NCBI RefSeq assembly: GCF_030684315.1
Contig: NC_081367.1
Span: forward strand, 11,886,792-11,950,791
DNA: 64,000 nucleotides
Source of the DNA: Stegostoma tigrinum
Taxonomy: Eukaryota
Direction: 5' to 3'
The translations under genes and the position numbers were made by a program. The first letter of the stretch is position 1; each line of letters starts with the position of its first letter. Below the pieces are notes generated by a model, which was given only the letters and a program-made list of their open reading frames with translations, was not told the origin of the DNA and did not search any database. Below are positions 36,201 to 48,200 of the stretch, piece after piece.

Positions 36201-39200
36201 ATGGTTGTCCAAAGGCTTTTCATTTAGGCTGCCTTGTACCTCCCCTCACAGAAATACCCATGTAAGTACTGGAGCTGTGGAAACAAATCATCACTTCATC
36301 GAACTCAGGGTTGCTGTGGCTCAACAAGGGGCACCTCATCTCAGAGTCAGAAGGCTGTGGGTTTGAACTGTGCTCAGGAATTGAGAGCACGTATTCTGGA
36401 TTGGTATTTTAATGCAATTTCTTATTGTTCTTCACTACCATTTGGATGAGACTTTAAACCAAAGTCCCTGTGTGTACCCACAATAGGATATTTAGAGTCT
36501 TGTGACACTAGTTAAAACAGCACAGTACTCCCTAGTATCCACCCAACATTCATAAGCAGTTTATTTGGTGTCTGTTGGTCAGTAACTCAGTAAGGCTTTT
36601 TCAACAGCACTTCCCAAGCCCATGATCTCCACCACCCAGAAGGACAAGGGCATAGCAGATTTGGGTAATACCACATTGCACAATCCCATGTGAGTCCCAA
36701 ACTGTTCAAATTTAGAAATGTCTCCCTTAATGACACTGCATCCAAAATGCTGGAACTCTCTTTCTCACAGCACTGTGGATCCACCCTGTACCAGTTAGAC
36801 TGCAGTGGTTGAGGAAAGCAGGTCATCACCTTGCTGGCAATTAGAAATGGGTAATAATTGCTGGCCTGGCCAGTGAAGCCCACGTTTCATGAAGAATTTT
36901 GTTTATTGCTTGTAGGGCCTTTCTCTGCAAATTGATTGCCATGTTTCCAATAGTGACCATACTTCAAAATTATATCCTTAGTGGTAACCAATTTGAAACA
37001 AGCTGAGGTTGTGAAATAACAAGGTGTAGAGCTGAATGAACACAGCAGACCAGGCAGCATCAAAGGAGCAGGAAAGCTGATGTTTCATGCCGGGACCCTT
37101 CCAGACCCAAACCATCACCTTTCCTGCTCCTCTGATGCTACCTGGCCAGCTGTGTTTGTCCAGCTCCACACCTCGTTATCTCATGCTCCAGCATTGGCAG
37201 TTCCTAGTATCTCTGAGGTTGCAAAAGATGTTTTAAGGTACAGACTTTATTTTTCCTATCATTTCTGATCAATATCTTGTTGAAGCTTGTGAGTGTGTGT
37301 ATGCATCAATATCAAGACAGAGTGGAATTGTTTGGGTCCAGTTTCCCACAGTTCGATGCCATGCCTGTATCCAGTGTCTATGATAACACATAGAGTCATA
37401 GAGATGTACAGCATGGAAACAGACCCTTCAGTCCAACTAGTCCATCCCAACCAGATATTCTATATTAATCTACTTCCATGTGTCAGCATTTGGCTCATTA
37501 TCCCTCCAAACCCTTCCTATTCATATACCCATCCAGATGCCTTTTAAATGCTGTAATTATACCAGCCTCCACCACTTCCTCTGGTGGTTCATTCCATACA
37601 AACATCACCCTCTGCATGAAGAAGTTGCCCCTCAGGCCCCTTTTATATCTTTCCTCTCTCACCGTAAACCTATGACACGGACGTGTCGGTTTTGGACTAA
37701 GGTGGGCAAGGTCAGAAATCAGACAACGCCAGGTTATAGTCTAACAGATTTTATTTGAAATCACAAGCTTTTGGAGTGCAGCTCCTTCGTAAGATGAAGT
37801 GAGAGAGAAGCACTCAGACACAGAATTCATGGGCAGAGAGATAAAAACATCGTACAAATGGTATGAGTGGAGTGTCGACTAATGAGTCTGGGCAGGTGAT
37901 CAAAAGTGTCAGACAGTGTGGGTTAAGTGTCAACAGCTGAATAACAAGCGAAGGGATGACCTATAATCTGATTAAATGAGGCAGAGATATAATTACAAAA
38001 AATTAAAAATAAGGTGGTGCTGGAGGCAAACCAAATGAGTACAATAACATGATAGGTATAAGGGTTGTATGCTGAGGATCTAACCAAAATAATAAGTAAT
38101 CCAAAACTGAATAACCTAATTATGTTCGAGAGATCATAACAATTTATCAAGGTAATGGTGTCAAAATATGACAGTAAGGAAGATTTTACAGACACAGAAC
38201 AGTGTGTTGGGGTCACATATAGTGCGACATGAACCCAAGATCATGACTGAGGCTGTTTTCATGGGTACGGAACTTGGCTGTCAGCCTCTGCTTGGTGATT
38301 CTGCGTTGTTATGTATCATGAAGGCCACCTTGGAGGACACTTTTCTGAAGATTGGAGGCTGAATGTCCTTGACCACTGAAGTTTTCCCTGATTTTGAGGG
38401 AACATTCCTGTCTGGCCAATGTTGCTCAGTGTCGATTTGTCCCTAGTAGCATTTGCATGGTTTCGCCAATATACCATGCCTCGGAGCATTCTTGCCTGTA
38501 GCATATGAGATGGACAACGTTGGCCTAGTCACGTGAGTATCTGCCGTGTACATGGTGAGTGGTGTTCCCACATGTGATGGTTGTGTCCGTGTCAATGATC
38601 TGACATGTCTTGCCGAGGTTGCCATGGCAGGGTTGTGTGGTGTTATGGTCGATGTTGTCCTGAAGCTGGGTAGTTTACTACGAGCAATGGTCTGTTTAAG
38701 ATTTAGCGGTTGTTTGAAGAAGTGGAGGCGTGGGGAAGACCTTGGTGAGATGCTCGTCATCATCAATGACATGTTGAAGGCTGTGAAGAACATAGCACAG
38801 TCTGTCCACTCCAGGCAAGTACTGGATGACGAAGTGTTCTGTATTGGTCGTATTGTGAGTCTGTCTTCTGAGGAGGTCATTGCAGTTTTTCTGCGTGGCA
38901 TGTCAGAACTGGCAATCATTTAATCAGGTTATAGGCCATCCCTTTGCTTTTTATTCAGCTGTTGACACTTCACTCACACTGTCTGACACTTTTGATCGCC
39001 TGCAGCGACTTATTATTCAACACTCCACTCATTCTATTTGTATGATCTTTTGATATCTCTGCCTGTAAATTGTGTCAGTGTGTTTCTCCCTCAGTTCACC
39101 AGTTTAAGGGACTACGTTCCGAAAGCTTGTGATTTCAAATCAAACCTGTTGGCCTATAACCTGGTGTTGTCTAATTTCCGACCTTAAACCAATGCCCTCC

Positions 39201-42200
39201 AGTTTTTGACTCCCCTACCCTGGGGAAAAGACCTTGGTTATTCACCCTATCCTTGCCCCTCATGATTTTATAAACCTCTGTAAGGTCATCCCTTAGCTTG
39301 TGATGCTCCGGGTAAAATAGCCCCAGCCTATTCAGCCTTTCCCCATGGCTTAAGTTCTCCATCTCTGGCAACATCCTTGTAAATCTCTTCTGCACCCTTT
39401 CAAGTTTAACAACGTCATGCGTATAGCAGGGAGACCAGCCCAGTTCGTCCCCTCCCCCCACTGCACCACACAACCAGCATCTTCCCCTCCACCCACTGCA
39501 TCCCAAAACCAGTCCAGCCTGTCTCTGTCTCCCTAACCTGTTCTTCCTCTCACCCATCCCTTCCTCCCACCCCAAGCCGCACCTCCATTTCCTACCTACT
39601 AACCTCATCCCACCTCCCTGACCTGTCCGTCTTCCCTGGACTGACCTATCCCCTCCCTACCTCCCCACCTATACTCTCCTCTCTACCCATCTTCTTTACT
39701 CTCCATCTTCGGTCCGCCTCCCCCTCTCTCCCTATTTATTCCAGAACCCTCACCCCATCCCCCTCTCTGATGAAGGGTCTAGGCCCGAAACGTCAGCTTT
39801 TGTGCTCCTGAGATGCTGCTTGGCCTGCTGTGTTCATCCAGCCTCACATTTCATTATCTTAGACCAGAATTGAATGTGATATTCCAAAAGTGGCCTGAAC
39901 AATGCCCTGTAAAGCCACAACATGAAATCCCAACTCCTATATTCAATGCACTGACCAATAAAGGCCAGGGCACCAAACGCCTTCCTCACTACCCTGTTTA
40001 CCTGCGACTCCACCATGAAGAATGCCCACTCAGGAGAGGTGCTAGAGGACATACTGTGACCATGGAATTAGTTATTCAATTCAGCCAAGACCATCTCCTC
40101 CAATGTGGTGCGGAGTCAATGAATTATTTTTGATGTACGGTCATGGTTGCTATGTAGGTGAATATGACTGATAATCTGCATTCAACTGGATTCCAAAAAC
40201 ATTAATGATCTATTTAGTTTATTTACATGGTGTTGGCTTTAATGGATAAGTAATGGCTAGTATACAAGGTGACTTTCTTTGCCCTTTCTTCAACTGGCAC
40301 AATGACTTTTCCTGCTTGTACCCAAGAGTGTTGTGTTGTCTGGTTCCACTTTAAACAAGTTACAGACAACTCTGACCAGAATGTTATGAATGTCCTACAA
40401 CACCAAAGCACTCAATTCAATATGGACACAACCTGGCACTAATACAAAACATCTCAACTTTATTAAGAACAAAGTTACAATAGCTTTTAATACTAAACAT
40501 AGCTTCTGCAATCCTGTTTGGCCCCACAAGGTTACAATATTTCCCAAGTCTCTTGTAAATTTGTGCAGTCGCTCTCTCTGTGGCCCTCTCCCTCTGGGTC
40601 TGCGAAGTTACTTTTCCTCTCTCTCTCTGGATGGTCAACTGGTCTCTGTCTTTTGTCATGCTGATCTCCTCAGAAGGCTTCATGATTCCAAGAACAGTTC
40701 CTCAGAGCAATTTGCAGGTGATCCTTGTTCTTATACTTTTTAGTTGGCTTTCTGGAACTTTCTATAGTTCTGGCCAATTAGGGAGACACACTTAATAGTT
40801 TGAAACAAGAGTCAATCATTTAGATGGTAAGCTACTGTTAGTTCCTTTATGTAGCAGGACCTACATAACTGACATCTACTGCTACAGTAGACAGACCTCA
40901 GTTTAACATCTGATGCAATAGATGGCACTTCTGACTATACTGGAAAAGAGCCAGTTTAAATTATGAGCCAATGTCTTGGTGCCACTTCATATTAGTCCGA
41001 AACCTCCAGCATCCCAAACAAGCTACCTGTTTCCATGTACAAGCACAGTCAGTGGGAATAAGTTTAACTCATGGAATTGCTGTAAAATTCAAAATGCCTA
41101 TTATGCATACTGTCCAATTTTGCAATCCATTTCCTTCATTCAGATTTTGTGGGATATTTGACTTTGGGGTGCATCACAACCGTGATAAACAACTTCCTAT
41201 GTTGACCCGCACTACAAAGCTTTCAGTTCTAATCCCATTTTTGTTATAAAACTCTCAGTTACAATATTCTTTTACATTGCCAATCCTCATTATAAAGCTC
41301 TCAGTCATAATATTCTCTATAACACATTCTACCCTCATTGTAAAGCTGTTATAACAGCCTGTTACAAATTTAAGCTTCATCATATAGATTCCAGTTTATA
41401 ATATAATTATATACGAAACCATAACACTCTTATATTTGCATCTTAAACCTTCATCTGTAGATTTATAATAATGTATTTGCTCTCCCAATGTATTCCTGAT
41501 GACTTGTCTGAACTACTCGATCACAAATTATGATTTTGTTTCTTTATCTGCTCAGTGGTACCTGGAGATGTTTATCCTGCATTAACAAAGGTGGTGACAC
41601 CCGAGCTACATTATCCTCAGCATCCGAGAAGGATCAGCAATCGCAGAGCACAGCAGGAGTCCAAGTAAGTCATGTCCAACTGAGGTCACCATCAACCCAC
41701 TCAGTTCTACAGAACATAACTTCAAAGCAGCTGAAGTAACATCTGTGACCAATGAGTTAACTATGTTTAGTGTCATACAAAGAGAAAGCACCAGCAAAAA
41801 ACTGCCCAAAGCAACCCAAGATTGGCATCCTTAGTGAACCAAATAGTACGGCCACATAAATATAGATCAAAGGCCTCCTTTTTAAGCCATTTCATTCACA
41901 ACTGTCCTATGATTAGAAAAATCACAATGGCAGTGATGCCTTGCGGTACAATTGGTACCAGTGCTAAGTGAAACCAGGTTTCACCTAAATCCATTTTCCT
42001 TCAATGACTGCCCAATGACACATACATTTCCATCTCAAAAATACTTCCCAATAATACCTTTAACTTCCACTTTACAATAATATCCTTACCTTCATCTCTA
42101 AAACACCACCAAGTTAAAATCTCACTTCCAAACCCAGGACACTGCTCAATAATCCCTGTCTATTCCATTTCTAGAACTCAGGGGCCAAGTATAGAAAGAA

Positions 42201-45200
42201 GAGGAGGACAGAAAACAGAGAGTGGGAATAAAGGGTAGTAATTTTGAGTGACAGAGATGGAAAGTCATTTTCTTGAAGGATGAGTGAGCTCACTAAGATG
42301 TTGAACATTTGTATTAATAATTTAGGTTTTGGAATCACAAATCCAAATTTGCAGAGGACACCAAATTTGTCAGATAGTCAATAAAATATAATGCAAAATA
42401 ATATATTCCCAATACACTTGTGGAATGAGAAAATAATTGGTAAACAAATTTGAATAGAGTTAAGTATGAGATACTAATACACTCTGGTAAGAAAATTAAT
42501 GAAGTCTCATAATATTTGCATAATAAGAATCTATCACATTCTCCCCATGTCTGCTTTCCTCCGGGTGCTCTGGTTTCCTCACACAGTCTGAAAGATGTGC
42601 AGGTGAGGTGGATTAGCCGTGGGAAATGCAGGGTTACCGGGATAGCATAGGAAAGTGGGTCTGAGTGTGATATTCTTCAGGGGGGCCGAATGACCAGCTT
42701 TCACACTGTAGGGATTCTATGATTCTATAAATAGGATGGATGAGGAGAGAGACCTCGGAGTGCAAATAAACAACTTACTAAAAGCTGTGATGTAGGTTAT
42801 TAGGCTATTTTTAAAAATAAAGCAAATTAAATGCTAAAGTTTCTTTCCAGAGATTCAAAATTGAAAACTGGAGAAGATATAAAAACTTGAGGTTCAGCTA
42901 CCTTTATAGGTATGGAGAGTTCAAGGAAAACTCATAGATCCAAGTCTAGAAATGGAAGCTTATGCCTCTAAAGAAAGACTGGAATTCTTTTAGGCTATTT
43001 TATAATGATTAAATTAGGAAAGGTTTTAGTTGAGTACACACTGATATAAAATTTCCACTTTTGCTGGAGAGCAAAACTAATGACCATTAAAATGCGAGTC
43101 ACCAAAAAATCAAATAGGGAATCCTGAAGGAACTTATGTCCCCAGAGTGATGACAATGTAAAACCCCATTAGCACAGGGAGTAGTTGAAACAAATAGTAG
43201 AATTGTGTTTAAGGAAAAGCTAGACAAGAATATGATGACTGATTGTGTTATAACAGCAAAGAAAGGAGAGGTTTCAGTTTGAACACCAAGGATTAGTTTG
43301 GTGAATATCTTGTTTCTCTGATGTGTATTCTATGAAATTATACTAATTATATCCTCATTTTAATCTTTACAAATATTGCTCAAAACTGCTGTTATTGACA
43401 GCTACTGAACATTAGTTAATGCGTCACATCTCAATGCTAGCTACCTATATCTTCATCTGTGTACTTATCATCCCAACATTCATATCTCCAAGATACATTG
43501 ACTAACTTCACTAACACTTCAGAAGTTAACCAAAAATTTTGCCAATAACTTGAATTATTTTCCTAACAATCTACCTCAATCAATCCAGAAGAAAGCTGCC
43601 TTGGTCATTTCACCAGATCTCCCTCATCATTCAGCTGCACTCCCCTTATTCCCCCATCACATTTCCTTCAGCCCTGATCCTACCCTCTGCTCCTGTCACT
43701 ACACATCAGTATTTTGCACTCCAATTCTTCACACAACATGGTCTTCTCTTTCTGGCTGTTTTCCCTCCAATAGCTTCCTTCCCATCCATTTTGCTGGAAT
43801 TGGGAATTGCATTTTGTCAGGGATTTGTTTTATAAATTTGTGTTGATGCCTCCTCACTTTCCTATACAGTGATTGCTTGTTTTGTGCACTAGGTGGTCTT
43901 ATATCAGCAGAAGTTGGTGGGAGAGTTGGAGCAGCTGCTGAGATCATCACCATTTGCCAACAAAGAACATCCTCCTAGCATTGGACTACCATCCACAGCA
44001 ATAACCACAGCACCATCTTCAACATCCTCTTCAGCTGCATCTTCCTCTTCAGCTTCTTTTACTGCCAATCAGAAACAGCGGGTAACACAATCCATCACAT
44101 GATGTTTGCATTTATTCCTGTGCCAGTCTTCCCCATACTATCACAATCTCAGCTCCAAGGTTCTCCCATGTCTTAACCATTCTGCAATCGCGCACACAAC
44201 TTGGAATTTCCAAATCTCACCCATTCGGCCGCACCCGCCCCCCCCCCCCCCCCCCCCCCGCAACCCCCGCACCCCATTTTCATCAACACAGTTCGGGATC
44301 AATGTTCCTCATTGTCTTGGAACTCACTCTTCTCTCCTTCATGATCAGTCTGGATGCCCATTCCCCAATCCCACCATAGCAATCTTAAGCTTTGGTTCCC
44401 TTCTGAACTCATCAGATGACATTCTGACATCTATTTATTCCCCCTCATCCATCTCATAACTACATTTTGGGACGTCTGTGTTTTCCTTTTGTCCCTCCAA
44501 TATGATATTTTCCCTCTCCTTCTGTTATTGATGACATAAGACACTGCCCTTATTTGAACAATTGTAACCTTCATACTGCATCCTATAGTTTAGTTCTCAA
44601 TGTTTCCTCTTCTTTATCCAAGTACCCGCTTCTCCATCCATCTCTGCTTCATTTCTATCCACCCTGTTACCCTATACCTTTAATATTCCTTCTTTTCTTC
44701 CCTCACTGCTATCCTAGTTCCCTCTCTTTTCATAATTGCAGCCCTTCCCCCTTTTCTTTATCCCCTTTCTCTTTAAAATCAACTTCCGTCCTTTCTGCAT
44801 CCAGCTGCCCCAGGCTAAAGGCAGGAAGTTTCATTCTTGTTCTGTCATTGCTCTGTCTGGGACGAGTAATGCTATTCCTAATGCCACGTGTTTATATTTT
44901 CAGATCTTGTTGCAGACCCGTGAAAATCAGCCCCTGAACCCCAGCTGTGGTGTGTGCAAAGCTGGAGGAGATCTGAAATGCTGCACCCAATGCCGTGGAG
45001 TCTTCCATTCCCACTGCCATTTCCATGCCGCCCCTGAGGACATGAGGTATGTAATCAGAGAATCTAGGACAGCATTTGGAGAGGTTAAAGTAACTATATA
45101 TCATTAACTCAGTGAGTCTGATGTTAGGTCCAGACTAAAGTAGATGCTGAACTCTCAATGAGAAATTGAAAGCAGGAAGCTTCATAATTTCATCTGCATT

Positions 45201-48200
45201 ACAGGACGGGGAGATGTATCTCCTGTACAAACACAACAATGCTGAACAAATCTACTGAGCCTGAGTTACAACTGAAGTCGCCGACCACACAAACAGCTAT
45301 GGTAAGTCAGTGTCCTTTTATGACCCAGTACGACTTGTAACTGTTATTCAGGTATTTATTTAGCTGATAGCTGGATTCTCAGAGTACTGTTTGCATATGT
45401 TTTAAAACCCATAAAAAGTTATCCTGACTTCAATTCCTGATCAGTACAATGTATACTGGGTGGTCTCTACTATCTTATTCAGTTGCTCACACTTTAGGTT
45501 TGTATCTGGGCAGAGTGTTAGGAGAATGTTGAGCGGCAGGATCTCTGATGAAGGGTCTAGGCCCGAAACGTCAGCTTTTGTGCTCCTGAGATGCTGCTTG
45601 GCCTGCTGTGTTCATCCAGCCTCACATTTTATCATATCGGAGAAGGATCGGATCTTGGTTTAACATCTCATCGAAAAGGCACAGTCTTTAACAATGCTGA
45701 ATGCTGTCTAAATTACAATGGACGTGCTATTCTAGATTCTGTAGTCTGACCTTCGGCCTGGGGCATGAGCCCCATAGCTGTCTGGCTCAGACTGCTGTAG
45801 TAGAGGCCAAACAGTTTGTATAGAACTGAACAGGAATTGTAAACCTTTAAGGAATAATAGCAAAAAACTTCTGAGTAAAAGTTCAAGGAAAGAATGAACA
45901 ACAAATCTGTGATTGTCAGCTGATTAGCAATTCAGAATATGAATTACATGTCCAGAAAATCCAGAATTGATTAACACTCATTTCAAAGCTTTTTCTTCGA
46001 TATTGTAATGAGAATTGTAAATCCTGATCTACACACTTTATGTAGCATTCAAAGCATTGGCATTCCAGGAACGCATAAAAGAAAGCAGTTTTATACTTGA
46101 CATACCAAGGTGTAGAGCTGGATGAACACAGCAGGCCAAGCAGCATCAGAGGAGCAGGAAGGCTGACATTTTGGGCCTAGACCCTTCTTCAGAAATGGGG
46201 GAGGGGAAGGGGTTTCTGAAATAAATAGGGAGAGAGGGGGAGGCGGATAGAAGATGGATAGAGGAAAAGATAGGTGGAGAGGAGACAGACAACTTAAAAA
46301 GGCAGGGATGGAGCAAGTAAAGGTGAGTGTAGGTGGGGAGGTAGGGTGGGGATAGGCTACTCCAGGAAGGATGGACAGGTCAAGGGGGCGGGATGAGGTT
46401 AGTAGGTAGGAAATAGGGGTGCGGCTTGAGTTGGGAGGATGGGATAGGTGAGAGAAAGAACAGGTTAGGGAGATGGGGATAAGCTGGGCTGGTTTTGGGA
46501 TGCGGTAGGAGGAGGGGAGATTTTGAAGCTTGTGAAATCCACATTGATACCATTGGGCTGCAGGGTTCCCAAGCTGAATATGAGTTGCTGTTCCTGCAAC
46601 CTTTGGTGGAATCGTTGTGGCACTGCAGGAGGCCCTGGATGGACATGTCGTCTGAAGAATGGGAGAGGGAGTTGAAATGGTTTGTGATTGGGAGGTGCAG
46701 TTGTTTAGTGTGAACCCAGCGGAGGTGTTCTGCAAAGCGGTACCCAAGCCTCCGCTTGGTTTCCCTGATGTAGAAGAGGCCACGACGGGAACAGCAGATA
46801 CAGTATACCACATTAGTAGATGTGCAGGTGAACATTTGCTTGATGTGAAAAAGTCTTCTTGGGGCCTGAGATGAGCGTGTTGGGGGAGGTATTGGGGCAG
46901 CTGTAGGACTTCTTGCAGTTGCAGGGGAAAGTGCTGAGTGTGGAGGGGAGTGGACAAAGGAGTCCTGGAGAAAGTGGTCCGTCTGGAAAGCAGATAAGGG
47001 TAGGGAGAGAAAAATGTCTTTCGTGGTTGGGTCAGATTGCAGATGGTGGATGTGTTGGAGGATGATGCGCTGGATCCGGAGGTTGGTGGGATGGTACGTG
47101 AGGACGAGGAGGATTCTGTTTTGGTTGTTATTGTGGGGAGGGGGTGAGAGGGATGAGTTCCGGGAAATGCAGGAGACCTGGTTGAGGGCGTTCTTGACCA
47201 CTGAGAGGGGGAAGTTGCGGTCCTTGAAAAATGAGGACATCTGAGATATACAGGAGTGGGATGCCTCATCCTGGGAGCAGATGCGCTGGATGTGAGGGAA
47301 TTGGGAATAGGGGGTGGCATTGTTGCAGGAAGGTGGGTGGTAGGAGGTGTATTCTAGGTAGCTGTGGGAGCCGGTGGGCTTGAAATGGATATGGGTTTCC
47401 AGGTGGTCGCCAGAGATGGAGACAGAGAGGTCCGGGAAGGAGAGAGAGGTACCAGAGATGGCTCAGGTGAACTTAAGGTTGGGGTAGCAGGTGTTGGTGA
47501 AGTGGATGAACTGTTCAAGCTCCTCGTGGGAGCAGGAGGTGGCACCGATACAGTCATCACTGTAACTGAAGAAGAGGTGGGGTGTAGGGCCAAAGTAGCT
47601 ACAGAAGAGGGATTGTTCCACGTAACTTACAAAGAGGCAGGCATAGCTTTGTCCCATGTGGATACCCATGGCCACCGGCTTTGTCTGTAGATGTGGGAGG
47701 AATTGAAAGACAAGTTGTTGAGGGTAAAAACCAGTTCAGCCATACAAATGAGGGTGTCAGTGGAGGGGGACTGGTCGGGCCTGTGGGACAGGAAGAAGCG
47801 GAGGGCCTTTTGGCCATCTGCACGGGGAATGCAGGTGTACAGGGACTGGACGTCCATGGTAAACATGAGGTGTTGGGGACCGGGGATTTGGAAGTTCCGG
47901 AGGAGGTGGAGGGCATGGGTGGTGTCACGGACGTGGGTTGGGAGTTCCTGGACCAAAGGGGAGTAAATGGAGTCGAGTTTTATACTTAGTCAGGTGTGTC
48001 ATCATGCCTGGGTGGTGTATTTATCTTCTCAATTAGTCATCTTCAACAGTGTCAGAACTTGTTGGGGATGGTGTATGATAAATCAAACCACAACATTCCT
48101 CAAGCTGTCACAATTCTGAACCACCAAACTGCTGAATTGTGAGTGACTGTCTAATTGACTGAATTAGCTTAAAATAATACTGGGTTTTTGCCCCTTGAAC

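Larger units (their letters stand above)
37390..40020 (-). mobile_element. CR1 3' fragment split by two Penelope-like insertions
   Basis: CR1 segments 37390-37675, 39181-39438 and 39861-40020 are collinear ([27 protein letters not shown]). Confidence 0.85.

Noticed and set aside
40382-41356. Second solo LTR (TGTTAT...ATAACA ends, minus-strand AATAAA)
   Set aside because: No target-site duplication and an internal SINE remnant; boundaries cannot be supported.
44236-44262. Poly-C run as a G-quadruplex/i-motif regulator (also 48494, 51072, 54567)
   Set aside because: Homopolymer runs of uncertain assembly length, common in these genomes; no evidence of function.
46091-47320. 409-aa minus-strand ORF as a novel gene
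   Set aside because: Alternative frame of a Penelope element; the RT and GIY-YIG motifs are in other frames.
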